From Antedon mediterranea (Eukaryota > Animalia > Echinodermata), in assembly GCF_964355755.1 (NCBI RefSeq), contig NC_092680.1:20655045-20719044 (forward strand): a stretch of DNA of 64,000 nt, written 5' to 3'. The notes beneath the pieces were generated by a model, which was not told the DNA's origin, did no database searches, and saw only the letters and a list, made by a program, of their open reading frames with translations. Positions 1 to 14,600 of this stretch are shown one piece after another. The position numbers were made by a program, and so were the translations under genes. Within the stretch, counting starts at the first letter, position 1. Each line of letters starts with the position of its first letter.

Positions 1-16
1 GTTATTCCAACAAATT

Positions 17-2143
17 ATGTTACAATTGGGCATAGAGCAATCAACATCTAGTGCGTATCACCCAGAGTCTCAAGGTGCTATAGAAAGATTTCACCAAACG
101 TTAAAAAACATGTTAAGGGCATATTGTGTAGAGTTTCAAAGGGAATGGGACGAAGGGGTACATTTAGTTCTTTTTGCAGCCAGAGAATCTGTACAAGAAA
201 CATTAGGTTTCAGCCCATTTCAGTTGGTCTTCGGTCACTCCGTGCGGGGACCATTAAAATTGCTGAAAGATAAGTGGCTCCAGGGAGAACTAAATAATGT
301 AAATTTATTGGATTATGTATGTGACTTTAGGCATAAACTTAACAGGGCGACCGTCATTGCTAAAGCAAATTTAGTAAAAGCACAAACTAAGATGAAAACT
401 TGGTATGATAAAAATGCAAAAAGCAGGGTTTTTAAACCTGGGGACAAGGTTCTGGCGTTGTTTCCCATTCAGGGGAGCCCAATGCAAGCGCGATTTCACG
501 GTCCATACAAAATCGACTCAAAAATAAATGATCTAAATTATGTCATAAATACACCAGGGAGACGGAAGAGTAGACAATTATGTCACATTAATATGCTTAA
601 AAAATATGCCGAACATGGTTCTAGCGATGTAAAACCAAATTGTGCGGCTGTAGCTTGTAACAATGACGGTGGCTCTCACAATGATTTAAAAGAAAAGGGC
701 AAGGAATATGATTTAAAACTAAGCAACTCTGATGTAATGAACAATTTACAACAAAAGTTAACTCATTTATCAATAGAACAACAGAGTCAATTGAGTACAC
801 TGGTGAATAAATGGAACGGTATCTTTTCTGACACCCCTAGTGTAACAAATGCTGCAATCCATGATATCATTGTTGGGGATACACAACCTATTAAGCAACA
901 TCCTTACAGGGTGAATCCAATTAAAATGAAGTATCTCCATAAGGTAATTGAATATATGTTAAAAAATAGTATAATTGAGCTTAGTAAAAGCGACTGGAGT
1001 TCGCCATGCATGCTTGTTCCCAAGTCTGATGGTTCATATAGACTCGTGGCGGATATGCGAGCAGTTAATCGTTGTTCAAAAACAGACTCGTATCTAATTC
1101 CGAAAATTGAAGATTTAATAGATAAGGTGGGGAACGCAAAATTTGTTAGTAAATTTGACCTTTTAAAAGGCTACTGGCAAGTGCCACTAACGCCGCGCGC
1201 CCAGGAAATTTCTGCTTTCTGTACCCCGTTCGGGCTTTATCAATACAGGGTGATGCCGTTTGGCCTTAAGAATGCGCCCGCGACATTTCAGCGAATGGTA
1301 AATCGACTTGTAGCTAACGTAGAAGGCTGCGAGGCGTATGTTGATGACCTGATAGTATACAGTCAAACTTGGGAGCAACACATGCAACAGTTAAATGAAA
1401 TGTTTAAAGCTTTGTCACAAGCAAACCTAACTGTAAACTTAAGTAAGAGTGAATTCTGTCATGCTACGGTTACGTATCTTGGTCATGTTGTGGGGCAGGG
1501 AAGGGTTAGACCCATCAGGGCTAAGGTTGAGAGTATTTATCGGTACCCAGCACCCACAAACAAAAAATCGTTGATGAGGTTTTTAGGGATGGTGGGGTGC
1601 TATCGGAAGTTTTGTCCCAATTTTTCTAGCGTAGCAGGTCCTCTTACAGAATTGCTTAAGAAGAATGTAAAATTTAAGTGGTCAGATATATGTGAAAGTG
1701 CCTTTAGGAAAATTAAGTCTATGCTAATGTGTGAACCAATCCTTATAGCACCGGATTTTAAGAAACAATTCCGTTTGTATGTAGACGCCTGTGATGTGGG
1801 GATTGGTAGCGTTCTCATGCAGAAGAACGTTGATGGGATAGAATGTCCCGTATGTTATTTTTCTAGAAAATTAAGTAAACATCAAATGAATTATTCGACT
1901 ATTGAGAAAGAATGTCTGGCACTATTGGAGTCGTTAACGCATTTTGATGTATATCTAAGCACTACCGTAGACCCAATACTTGTGTTCACTGACCACAACC
2001 CACTTACCTTTATTTATAAAATGCGAAATAAAAATCAGCGGTTGCTGAGGTGGGGACTAACTTTACAAGAATACAATGTTGAGATTAAGCATGTTAAAGG
2101 AAAGGAAAATGTGATTGCCGACGCTCTGTCTCGTGGGGTGTGA
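17..2143 (+). CDS. pol: Ty3/Gypsy pol, 3' part, with integrase upstream of RT-RNase H (Gmr1-like order); 5' end outside window
   Basis: Integrase core end SAYHPESQGAIERFHQTLK and GPY module (FHGPYKI) come first, then RT (DLLKGYWQV, MPFGLKNAPATFQR, YVDD), then RNase H (DACDVGIG, TDHNPL, NVIADALSR), with a stop right after RNase H. Confidence 0.93.
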   Translation: MLQLGIEQSTSSAYHPESQGAIERFHQTLKNMLRAYCVEFQREWDEGVHLVLFAARESVQETLGFSPFQLVFGHSVRGPLKLLKDKWLQGELNNVNLLDYVCDFRHKLNRATVIAKANLVKAQTKMKTWYDKNAKSRVFKPGDKVLALFPIQGSPMQARFHGPYKIDSKINDLNYVINTPGRRKSRQLCHINMLKKYAEHGSSDVKPNCAAVACNNDGGSHNDLKEKGKEYDLKLSNSDVMNNLQQKLTHLSIEQQSQLSTLVNKWNGIFSDTPSVTNAAIHDIIVGDTQPIKQHPYRVNPIKMKYLHKVIEYMLKNSIIELSKSDWSSPCMLVPKSDGSYRLVADMRAVNRCSKTDSYLIPKIEDLIDKVGNAKFVSKFDLLKGYWQVPLTPRAQEISAFCTPFGLYQYRVMPFGLKNAPATFQRMVNRLVANVEGCEAYVDDLIVYSQTWEQHMQQLNEMFKALSQANLTVNLSKSEFCHATVTYLGHVVGQGRVRPIRAKVESIYRYPAPTNKKSLMRFLGMVGCYRKFCPNFSSVAGPLTELLKKNVKFKWSDICESAFRKIKSMLMCEPILIAPDFKKQFRLYVDACDVGIGSVLMQKNVDGIECPVCYFSRKLSKHQMNYSTIEKECLALLESLTHFDVYLSTTVDPILVFTDHNPLTFIYKMRNKNQRLLRWGLTLQEYNVEIKHVKGKENVIADALSRGV

Positions 2144-2145
2144 AC

Positions 2146-2270
2146 AATATAAATATTATGAATGTAACGCAAATGAATATAAATATTATGAATGTAATGC
2201 AAATGAACATAAATATTATGAATGTAATGCAAATGAATATAATGTTATGAATGTAATGCAAATGAATAAA
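2146..2270 (+). repeat. ~30-bp tandem repeat (about 4 copies) in the retrotransposon 3' UTR
   Basis: aatataaatattatgaatgtaatgcaaatg repeated. Confidence 0.85.
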
Positions 2271-2572
2271 GATGTGTAAAATTAAGAATTATAAAAAAAA
2301 AATGTATGTATACTTGTGTGAAAAAAAAAAAAAATAGTAAATAATACAAGTTAAAATAGTGATATGTAGCCCTAAGGTAAAGAAAAAGTAGGAAATGCAA
2401 TAAAAATTGAAGTGTTAAAAAAAAAAAAAAAGTAGATGAATAAAATGATAATATATGATGTAATGTGAAATTGAAATTGGGTAATAAATTAGAGATTTTT
2501 TTGTAAATACCAGTGGTTGGTGAGGAGGCACCAAAAGTTTTCCTGACGAAAAACTAACTTTAAGGGGGAGAG

Positions 2573-3015
2573 TGTTACGTGTGACGAGAGTCAGGTGTCA
2601 CATGTCACATGCAAATGAATCAAGTCGCCGGTGGTCAAGTGGACGAATCAGAATGGAGCATGGTGGTGCGCGGTATTTTGGAAAGCTGTGCTGGGTGTGG
2701 GATACAAAAAAGGGAGTCACTCAGGAGACAGGGCCAGCTAAGGACGCTTGCGGTTAGAACTGTGCTTGAGACTGGAAGCGAGGCAGGACGATAAGAATGG
2801 GGAGGTTGTGATGTGTACAGATGGCCAGGCAAACCAACCACTCGGTATCATACGTATCTATAATTGTGTTGTTATGTATTTTGTGCTTCGTGAAAGGAAA
2901 TAAATGGAGCTCGTGCTCTTTGCATAATACTCTGAGTGTCGACTATTGTTTGTTCCAAGCCTCGTTGTTGCTATTTATTTAGGTATTTCGGCCTAGGCCA
3001 AAAGTGGTCGTAACA
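2573..3015 (+). repeat. 3' LTR (443 bp)
   Basis: Starts TGTTACG and ends CGTAACA (7-bp terminal inverted repeat), directly after the PPT; AATAAA near 2899. Confidence 0.9.
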
Positions 3016-3059
3016 ACTGTCATACAGTAATTGTGTATTATTGTAAATAAAACAATTAC

Positions 3060-5644
3060 CTTAGCTTGCAATGACAATGATGCACCATGCTGTTGTATGA
3101 GGAATTCCACTATTTCCAAGGTACAATGTTCATAACACAGATATGAATGAAGTGGAGTGTCTCCCTCCTTGATGAATAAAATCATAATTATAAGTTCAAT
3201 ATATTGATAACAGCTATATAAGTAATTGATAAGTGCTAAATAGACAACCAATAAATGTATAGCAAAACACATCTCATCACAAATGGTAAAGTATACTGTG
3301 TGTTCTAAAATATTTTGCAGCTAAATTCATTATAATTTACATCATTGTCTACCTTTGTTACAGTATCTTTACATAGTAATTTATGCAATCTTATGAATAA
3401 TTGTTATACCTATAGTCCAGTAAAAATATGGTTGAACATAGAACAAATTGCAACAGAATTTTTTTTTGTTTTATTTGGTTGATATGGTGAACATGAACAT
3501 CATATCCAAAGTTTACCAAAATCGGACATCGGGAAGTGGGTTAATTAGCATAAATTCAAAATGGCCGCCATTTGCTATTTTAAAGCCCCATATCTCCTTA
3601 ACGGTTGGATTTAGACCACCTATATGCATTACGAGTAGATATAAATGTGATATTAAACATTCTAACTGGCATATTTAAATTTCCATAGGACGTACCTATG
3701 ACGTCATATGGTAGTTGTGACGTCATAAATTATGTTATAAATGCTTAAATGACATTATACTATGCGAACAATTTAGAAACTGCAGAAAAACAAGTTTCCT
3801 AACATTCTCCTTGTTGAAATGAACATAATTTCCAAAGTTTACCAAAATCGGACGTCAGGAAGTGTGTTAATTAGCATAAATTAAAAATGGCCGCTATTTA
3901 CTATATCATTTTGAAGCCCTATATCTCCTTAATGGTGGTTTTAGACCACCAAAGTGCATTGCGAGTAGATATAAATGTGACATTAAACTTCCCAATTAGC
4001 ACATTTAAATTACCATATGACGTAAATATGACGTCATAAGGTAGTTGTGACGTCATATATTATGTTATAACTGCTTAAATGGCATTATCCCATGCTAAAA
4101 AATTTAGAAACTGCAGGAAAACAATTTTCTAACAATTTCCTGTTGAAATGAACATGATATCCTAAGTTCACCAAAATCAGACTTCAAGAGGGTCAATTAG
4201 CATAAATTCAAAATACCATTTTGAAGCCCTGTATCTCCTTAGCGGTTGGGTTTAGACAGCCTATGTGCATTACGAGTAGATATACATGTAAAAACCATTG
4301 AAATTTATCATTAAGTTTCCATTTACAAAATCTTATGAAAATAGATATTCTACAGAACCGTATGAAAGGTGATCATCAACTGTATTTCCGAAACTGATTT
4401 GTACTCAAGCGCACATCTTGTTTTGTGTTTTCTAAAACTACATCTTTTAGAACTTTATCTCTTTAAATTGGTAAAGGAATAAAAAAAATATTGTAATGAG
4501 GCGATTGATTGTGGATCAGGCTATTCAAACCCATCATTCCCACTAACTCATCTCAATTGAAATGAAAATGATAAATGTCATACTGTAGTTTTCTGTATAG
4601 TCAGCATCTCCATTCTGCTCTTTCAAATTTGCTATTTCATTGCATCTGTTTGGTGTCGATCATTTATGAGACAACAACTTTTTATGATGTTTTATATAAT
4701 GTTTATCTTTTGAATGCTGTTTCCACGATTCAATGAGCATATAACAAGGACACTTCATCCTAGTGTTAACTAGGGTGAAGAACCATCAGTTAAAAGATAC
4801 ACATCAACGGAATCCAAAAAGGGGTTGTTAAGGTAATACAGTAATTTTCAAACTTGCCACTACTAATTACAGTATTTTATTTTTCGACAAGACAGTATTC
4901 AACTTCCTTGACAAAAAATGTCAGAAAAATGGAATAGAAACTTTGAATGCAGATGGGGATCTATTAAATATCTTACTTTGCCTTAATTAAAAAAAGCGAT
5001 TGCGTTTTAAGTTAAGACAGAAGAAGCAAAAAATAGTGGAATAATTGGTACTTAAAGAAAACATCTTAAGGAGCAAATTTGCAACATCTTTGTAATGCTC
5101 TGCACTTGCAAAGAAACAGGGGGATGCATTCTATTCTAAGCAAGAACTGTTTGGTCCAAAATTTAAAAAGACATCAGAAAAGCCAATGAAGTAGACTTGC
5201 TGTGCCTACATGTATGGTGGAAGTATTTTGACGGCGCCAACATTACATTTTCTATGTATGTACTTTGGATTGGAAACTTACTGTGATCCAACTCCATATT
5301 TAGGATGGGGTCGAATTATTAAATCCCAGACTCATTACTTAATTAAGAATCCTATTTCTTTAAATATATATGAGATATATGAGATATATATGCAGTTATA
5401 AAAAGTTGCAGTTGCAGAAAATTAACTGGAATGTTCTATTGCATGTTGTGAAGAGTGGCCGAATAACTTCTGATACCCTTCAATTCAAATATTCTTTATT
5501 CATCCTCTATCATGAAAATATACAACAACAATATATGAGAACATAAAAAAGATGAAAAGGAAACACATAAAAACTCAAAAGAGCTTGATTAGTTGTGTCC
5601 CCCTATGTCCCTAACTAGCCTAAAAAACTAAAACATAAATAATA

Positions 5645-5687
<43 letters not shown>

Positions 5688-8600
5688 AATCCTGCAACAA
5701 GTATAATTTTTAAAATTATTTGTAAAATGATAATAAATGTTCTTTAAACAATGATTTAAATATATATATTGATTTGGTACTTTGTAGTTCGTAATTCAAG
5801 TCATTCCACAATTTGGGTCCCACACATGACACAGTAAAACTAGTAGAAGTACGATTACGTTTTCTGAGTCTCATTTTGTCTTTAGATCTTGTATTATAAT
5901 TATGGTAAGAACCATTTTTAATAAAGAGCGATGAAAAACGCACGTCCTGATTAGTAGTAACATTATACATGAAAAGCCCAATTTGGTACTTATTGATATC
6001 CGCAATTTTAAGAAGTTTAAATTTATAGAAACATTCAGTCATTGAATCATTAAACTTTGACCATGTTATAGCTCGTAATGCCCTTTTCTGGAGTTTAAAT
6101 AACTCATCTAAATAACTTGGAAATGTGCTACACCATATTATGTTGCAATAATTTAATACTGGTTCAATGAGTGATTTGTATATTGTCCAGAGAGCATAGG
6201 TTGGTAAAAAATGTCTTACTTTATATAGTATGCCTACATATCGAGATATTTTCCTAGCTGTAACATTGATGTGGTTCTTATATGTGAGAAATTCATCAAT
6301 ATGTACTCCAAGGAATTTAGTCGATTTAACTCTATCTATTCTTTTATTGTTGACATAAATATTTACATTCTCTAAATTACTTGGATTTCGCTGATTGCGG
6401 AAAATTATGTAATTAGTTTTTTTAACGTTGATTGATAGTTTATTGCACATGAACCAATCCGAAACATTTTTTAGTTCACCATTAACTAGTTCTATGAGCG
6501 TATCCAAGTTTTCGTGAGATGCAGATATGTTTGTGTCGTCAGCAAATAAAACAAAAGATAACGAGTTTGAGCAATTAAATACATCGTTAATGTACAAAAT
6601 AAAAAGTAGAGGCCCCAGAATTGAACCCTGTGGTACACCGCAATTTATATCCATCAAACACGAACTTGTGTTATCAATAGACGTAAATTGTTTCCTTCCA
6701 CTAATATAGTTTCTAAACCATTTAAGGGCCGTGCCTCTTATGCCATAGTGTTCCAATTTTTTAAGAAGTATATCATGGTTGATGGTGTCAAACGCTTTTG
6801 ACAAATCAATAAATATTCCGATGGTATTTTTTTTCTTATCAAGCGCATCGGTTATTCGTTCAACCAGATCTATAACGGCCATAAAAGTAGAACTGTTTTT
6901 TCTGAAACCATATTGTGCATTATTAAGGATGTTAAACTTTGTGATATAATTATTTACTCTAATTTGAACAATTTTTTCAAGAATTTTTGAAGCGGTAGGC
7001 AGAATAGAGATCGGCCTATAATTACTGACGTCACTTTTATTGCCAGATTTAAAAATTGGAACTACTCTAGCTACTTTCATACTATCAGGGACCATGCCTG
7101 TCTCAAGAGAGAGGTTAAAGATATGTACAAGAGGAGATGCCACAGCAGCAATAATATGTTTTAGAATGCGATTACTTAAGTTATCAACACCTTCTGAATT
7201 TGAATTTTTGATTTGACTAACTATTTCAATGACCTCTTCTTCATTCGTAGGATTGAAAAATATGGATTGGGATTGACTCTCTTTCATATATTGTTTAAAG
7301 TCAGAATTGTTTACATTTGGTATTTTGTTTGCTAATTCATTTCCAATGTTGGAGAAGAAGTCATTAAAAGCGTCAGACATACCTTTTGGATCACATACCA
7401 AAGTTTTATTACTATGGTTAATTACCTCATTTGGCTTAACACTCGATTTTTTTCTATTTAGAACTTCATTTAAAACTTTCCATGTTTGCTTTGAATCGTG
7501 TCGAGCTGCATCCAGTTTTTTGGAATAATATTGTTTTTTCCGAATTCTAATTAAATGAGTTAATTTATTTTTGTACTTTTTATATATATTTTTTAATAAT
7601 TGTGTTGGGTTTTTAAGGTATTTTTTATAAAGTTTATTTTTCTTTTTTATTGAAATCAAAATTCCTGTTGTGATCCATGGTTTTTTCTTTGTATTACCAT
7701 TTGGCTTATTACTTTTTGTAGGTATGTTATTATCTATGAGATTGGATAGTTTTTTAATAAATAGGTTATATGATGTATTGGTATCTGTGCATAAATATAG
7801 TTCACCCCAATCCTCATTAGAAATAGCAATAAGCAAGTTATTTAATGTTGTATCATTAATTATTTTTTGTTTTGTAATTGGAGCTTGTGTGTTAGTATTT
7901 AATGACAAGTGTGTTGTCATGAAAATGGGTAGATGATCGGTAATGTCAGTGACTATTACTCCACAATGCGAAATGTTATCATCATTTGTAATAATATTAT
8001 CTAAAATTGTAGCAGAAGACGATGTTATTCTCGTGGGTAAGTTGATTAATGGATTAAAAGATGTTGAGTAAATAATGTTTGTGAATTCCTGTGTTGTTTT
8101 TTGAATGTCATATTTTAATAAGTCTTGATTAAAATCTCCTAAGATATAGCAGTTTTTGTTTTCGCGATTAAGTTTATGTAAGATTTCTTCCAGATCAGAG
8201 TTAAATGAGTTGACGTTTGAATTTGGTGGTCGATACAACATACCTACAATAGTATTTTTGCCGTTTGTGTTTATTATTTCTAGAAAAAGTGAATCAATGG
8301 AGTTATCATTAAATACAAAATCATCACGTGTTACGGTGTTGATTTGTTCTTTTAAATATAGACAAACTCCACCACCGACTCTACCTTCTCTATTACAAGT
8401 GTACATATTGTATCCATTGATATTTAATAAGTCAATTGGCGTGTTCTTATTTATCCAGGTTTCCGAGAAACCAAGTACATCAAACGCACGACCTATGGTA
8501 TCTAACATAATGCTAATTTCGTCGAAGTGTTTTGGAAGACTACGTGCATCCATTACCCATGATCTTAACCTGGATGTGGTAAATGTTGTACTATTTTCAT

Positions 8601-11600
8601 GAGATTAAAAACATTTTTTCCTTTCGGTTTCTATATTTTCCCCTTAGAATAATGCCAATTGTCATTATTGTGACAAAATACATGACGTCATATGTCTTAT
8701 GACATCATAGGTACGTTATATGGCAATTTAAATATGCTAATTATAAAGTTTAATATCACATTTATATCTACTCTCAATGCACTTAGGTGGTCTAAAACCA
8801 AGCGTTAAGGAGATATGGAGCTTCAAAATGGTATGATAAATAGCGGCCATTTTGAATGTATGCTAATTAACCCACTTCCTGACGTCCGATTTTGGAAATA
8901 ATGTTCATTTTAACAAGGAGAATGTCAAGAAACATGTTTTCTTGCAGTTCCTAAATTGTTCGAATAGTATAATGTCATTTAAACAGTTATAACATAATAT
9001 ATGACGTCACAACTACCATATGACGTCATAATTACGTCATATGGAAATATAAATATGCTAATTAGAATGTTTAATATCACATTTATATCTACTCGTAATG
9101 CACCTAGGTGGTCTAAATCCAACCGTTAGAGAGATATGAGGCTTCAAAATAGCAAATGGCGGCCATTTTGAAATTATGCTAATTAACCCACTTCCCGATG
9201 TCCGATTTTGGTAAACTTTGGATATGATATTCATTTGAACCATATTTACCAGACAAAACAAAAAAAAATTCTGTTGCAATTTGTTCTAGGTTCACCCTAT
9301 TTTTTACTTATCTTTACTGGACTACTAGTACTAGTCGTGAAAATAATTTCATTTTGAAATGAGTAAATTATTTCTTTTTTGTTAATCCAATACAAGAAAA
9401 CAAATAAGTATGTAATATAAGTATGTGTAAATGTGTGTATGTACTGTCATACAGTAATTGTGTATTATTGTAAATAAAACAATTACCTTATTTTGCAATG
9501 ACAATGATGCACCATGCTGTTGTATGAGGAATTCCACTATTTCCAAGGTACACAATCGATTTCCCACATACAAATGAAGTGGAGTGTCTCCATCCTTGAT
9601 AAACAAAATCATAATCATAAGTTCAATAATATTGATAACAGCTATATAAGTAATTGATAAGTGCTAAATAGACAACCAATAAATGTATAGAAAAACACAT
9701 CTCATCACAGATGGTAAAGTATACAGAGTGTATTCTCTTGCAACTTAATCCTGTAGTAAATTTGTTGCAGTTAAGTTCATTATAATTTACGTCATTGTCT
9801 ACCTTTGTTACAGTATCTTTACATAGTAATTTATACAATCTTATGAATTTTTATACCTATAGTCTTGAAAATAATTTCATTTTGAAATGAGTAAATTATT
9901 TCTTTTTTGTTAATCCAATACAAGAAAACAAATAAGTATGTAATAAGTATGTGTAAATGTGTGTATGTATAGTGTCATACAGTAATTGTGTATTATTGTA
10001 AATAAAACAATTACCTTATTTTGCAATGACAATGATGCCCCATGCTGTTGTATGAGGAATTTCACTATTTCCAAGGTACAATATATATTTTTCACATGCA
10101 AATGAAGTGGAGTGTCTCCATCCTTGATGAACAAAATCATAATCATAAGTTCAATAATATTGATAACAGCTATATAAGTAATTGATAAGTGCTAAATAGA
10201 CAACCAATAAATGTATAGCAAAACACATCTCATCACAAATGGTAAAGTATACTGTGTGTATTCTCTTGCAACTTAATCCTGTAGTAAATTTGTTGCAGTT
10301 AAGTTCATTATAATTTACATCATTGTCTACCTTTGTTACAGTATCTTTACATAGTAATTTATGCAATCTTATGAATTTTTATACCTATAGTCTTGAAAAT
10401 AATTTCATTTTGAAATGAGTAAATTATTTCTTTTTTGTTAATCCAATACAAGAAAACAAATAAGTATGTAATAAGTATGTGTAAATGTGTGTATGTACTG
10501 TCATACAGTAATTGTGTATTATTGTAAATAAAACAATTACCTTATTTTGCAATGACAATGATGCCCCATGGTGTTGTATGAGGACTTTCACTATTTCCAA
10601 GGTACAATGTTGATAACGCAGGTACAAATGAAGTGGAGTGTTTCCATCCTTGATGAACAAAATCATAATCGTAAGTTCAATAATATTGATAACAGCTATA
10701 TAAGTAATTGATAAGTGCTAAATAGACAACCAATAAATGTATAGCAAAACACATCTCATCACAGATGGTAAAGTATGCTGTGTGTATTCTCTTGCAACTT
10801 AATCCTGTAGTAAATTTGTTGCAGTTAAGTTCATTATAATTTACATCATTGTCTACCTTTGTTACAGTATCTTTACATGGTAATTTATGCTATCTTCTGA
10901 ATCGTTACACCTCGTCTTTAAAATAATTTCATTTTGAAAAGAGTAAATTATTTCTTTTTCGATCCAATATAAGAAAACAAAAAATTACCTTATTTTGCAA
11001 TGACAATGATTCCCCATGCTGTTGTATGAGGACTTTCACTATTTCTGAGGTAGGGTTATATCTACTACTCACATACAAATGAAGTGGAGTGTTTCCATCC
11101 TTGATGAATAAAACCATAATCATAAGTTCAATAATATGATAACAGCTATATAAGTAATTGATAAGTGCTAAATAGACAACCAATAAATGCATAGCAAAAC
11201 ACATCTCATCACAAATGGTAAAGTATGCTGTGTGTATTCTCTTGCAACTTAATCCTGTAGTAAATTTTTATTTATTTTTTTTTTTTAACCATATTTAATG
11301 AGGGTGATCCATCCAGCTGTTGCTGATCATTAGGGACCCTCAGAGGTTCACAAGACAAACATATACACAAGATGCTCTACATAAACAAAGTCTTATACAA
11401 GTCTTTGGGAGTGGGGTAATTTGGTCCTTAGAAAAAATCCTGACATGTGACGGGACTTAAACCCAGGACCATTGGAGTGGTAGACAAGCATCATAACCAC
11501 CAAGCCACAACTCCACTGTTGCAGTTTAAGTTCATTATAATTTACATCATTGTCTACCTTTGTTACAGTATCTTTACATAGTAATTTATACAATCTTATG

Positions 11601-14600
11601 AATAATTGTTATACCTAGTCGTGAAAATAATTTCATTTTGAAATGAGTAAATTATTTCTTTTTTGTTAATCCAATACAAGAAAACAAATAAGTATGTAAT
11701 AGGTATGTGTAAATGTGTGTATGTACTGTCATACAGTAATTGTATAATTGTGAAAAAAAATTACCTGATTTTGCAATGATAGTGATTTACCATCGTGTAT
11801 GAAGAATTCCACTATTTCTAAGTTAGGTTCGATATCATACAAGTATATTCGATAATGCAGATAAAAATGAAGTGGAGTGTCTCCATCCTTGATAAACAAA
11901 ATCATAATCATAAGTTCAATAATATTTATAACAGCTATATAAGTAATTGATAAGTGCTAAATAGACAACCAATAAATGTATAGCAAAACACATCTCATCA
12001 CAAATGGTAAAGTATACTGTGTGTATTCTCTTGCAACTTAATCCTGTAGTAAATTTGTTGCAGTTAAGTTCATCATAATTTACATCATTGTCTACCTTTG
12101 TTACAGTATCTTTACATAGTAATTTATACAATCTTATGAATAATTGTTATACCTAGTCGTGAAAATAATTTCATTTTGAAATGAATAAATTATACATATC
12201 TTTTTGTTGATCTATTACAAGAAAAAAAATGTATGTAATAAATGTATGTAAGTTTGTGTATGTACTGTCATAAAGTAATTGTGTATTATTGCAAATAAAC
12301 AATTACCTGATTTTGCAACGACAATGATGCCACATGCTGTTCTATGAGGAATTTCACTATTTCCAAGGTACAATGTTCATTCCACAAATATAAATGAAGT
12401 GGAGTGTTTCCTTCCTTGATGAATAAAATCATAATCATAAGTTCAATAATATTGATAACAGCTATATAAGTAATTGATAAGTGCTAAATAGACAACCAAT
12501 AAATGTATAGCAAAACACATCTTATCACAAATGGTAAAGTATACTGTGTGTACTCTCTTGCAACTTAATCCTGTAGTAATTTTGTTGCAGTTAAGTTCAT
12601 TATAATTTACATCATTGTCTACATTTGTTACAGTATCTTTACATAGTAATTTATGCAATCTTATGAATAATTGTTATACATAGTCTTGAAAATAATTTCA
12701 TTTTGAAATGAGTAAATTATTTCTTTTTTGTTAATCCAATACAAGAAAACCAATAAGTATTTAATAAGTATGTGTAAATGTGTGTATGTACTGTCATACA
12801 GTAATTGTATAATTGTGAAAAAAAATTACCTTATTTTGCAATGATAGTGATTTACCATCATGTACGAGGCATGTCACTATTTCTAAGTTAGGTTCTGGAT
12901 CGTACTTGTAACGCAAATACAAATGAAGTGGAGTGTATCCATCCTTGATGAACAAAATCATAATCATAAGTTTAATATATTGATGCTACATAAAGTAATA
13001 ATTGATAAGTCTTAAATAGACAACCAATAAATGTATAGCAAAACACATCTCATCACAAATGGTAAAGTATACTGTGTGTATTCTCTTGCAACTTAATCCT
13101 GTAGTAAATTTGTTGCAGTTAAGTTCATTATAATTTACTTCATTGTCTACATTTGTTACAGTATCTTTACATAGTAATTTATGCAATCTTATGAATTGTT
13201 ATACTTAGTCTTGAAAATAATTTCATTTTGAAATGAGTAAATTATTTCTTTTTTGTTAATCCAATACAAGAAAACAAATAAGTATGTGTAAATGTGTGTA
13301 TGTACTGTCATACAGTAATTGTGTAATTATTGTAAATAAAACAATTACCTTATTTTGCAATGACAATGATGCACCATGCTGTTGTATGAGGAATTTCACT
13401 ATTTCCAAGGTACAATGTTGATAATACACATACAAATGAAGTGGAGTGTCTCCATCCTTTATAAACAAAATCATAATCATAAGTTCAATAATATTGATAA
13501 CAGCTATATAAGTAATTGATAAATGCTAAATAGACAACCAATAAATGTATAGCAAAACACATCTCATCACAAATGGTAAAGTATACTGTGTGTATTCTCT
13601 TGCAACTTAATCCTGTAGTAAATTTGTTGCAGTTAAATTCATTAATTTACATCATTGTCTACATTTGTTACAGTATCTTTACATAGTAATTTATGCAATC
13701 TTATGAATTGTTATACTTAGTCTTGAAAATAATTTCATTTTGAAATGAGTAAATTATTTCTTTTTTGTTAATCCAATACAAGAAAACCAATAAGTATGTA
13801 ATAAGTATGTGTAAATGTGTGTATGTACTGTCATATCAAGCTGCAGACCTGTTACATGTGGTGTCCCCAAGGGTTCGATTCTGGGCCCACTTCTCTTCAT
13901 AATTTATGCAAATGATTTCAATAATATATCTAATGTCATGTCGTCAATACTGTTTGCGGATGATTCAAGTCTGTTTTATTCACATGATGATCCAGATAGT
14001 CTCTGTGACATCGTTAATCAAGAACTAAAAAAGGTTACTACTTGGATACATGCAAACAAGCTATCACTAAATATGCTAAAAACCAATTTTATGTTGTTTA
14101 GTAACAAATATAGTATGTTACCAAAAGATATTATTTTCAACAATGTTCCTATTAATCAAATAACCAACACAAAATTTCTTGGTATATTTATTGACGACAG
14201 ACTTGACTGGAAAGCTCATGTTAATTACCTTTGCAAATTATTATCAAAAAATGTTGGCATGATGTATAAATTGAAATCAATATTTCCTCAAAAAGTATTA
14301 AATATTTTATATTCTACTCTTATTTTATCGTACTTAAATTATGGTGTTCTTGCTTGGGGAAATGCTTCAAAATCAATTATTACTAAAATTTTATTAATCC
14401 AGAAACGAGCTGTCAGAATTATCTCAGGGGTAACTTTTCGTGCTCACACCCAAGATCTCTTTCAAAAAAATAAAATATTAAAAATTGAGGATCTCTATAG
14501 ATTTAATGTTGGTGTCATCATGTTTCAATTAACCGTCGGACACTTACCACCTATAATATCCAGTAAATTCACTCAAAATAAACAATACCACACTCATCAA

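Larger units (their letters stand above)
1..3015 (+). mobile_element. Gmr1-like Gypsy LTR retrotransposon (3' half) inserted in an ankyrin-cassette intron
   Basis: pol ORF, polypurine tract AAGGGGGAGAG at 2562-2572 and LTR 2573-3015; cassette intron sequence (actgtcatacagtaattg) resumes at 3016. Confidence 0.9.
3413..9324. mobile_element. DNA transposon with long terminal inverted repeats, Academ-like (decayed interior), carrying a nested LINE
   Basis: Termini TAGTCCAGTAAA / TTTACTGGACTA; ~3413-4060 mirrored by ~8680-9324 (the two MQQNFFLF ORFs are the mirror copies); apparent 3-bp TSD CTA (3410-3412, 9325-9327); ~320-bp subrepeats within the TIR. The family call rests on TAG termini and the 3-bp TSD only. 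Confidence 0.7.

Noticed and set aside
5646-5683. Poly(A) tail of the LINE
   Set aside because: The LINE is on the minus strand, so this is a T-tract inside its 3' UTR; the real 3' end is near 5481.
11440-11516. tRNA gene
   Set aside because: The tRNA-like head continues into a body and A-tail and interrupts a cassette intron, so it is a SINE.
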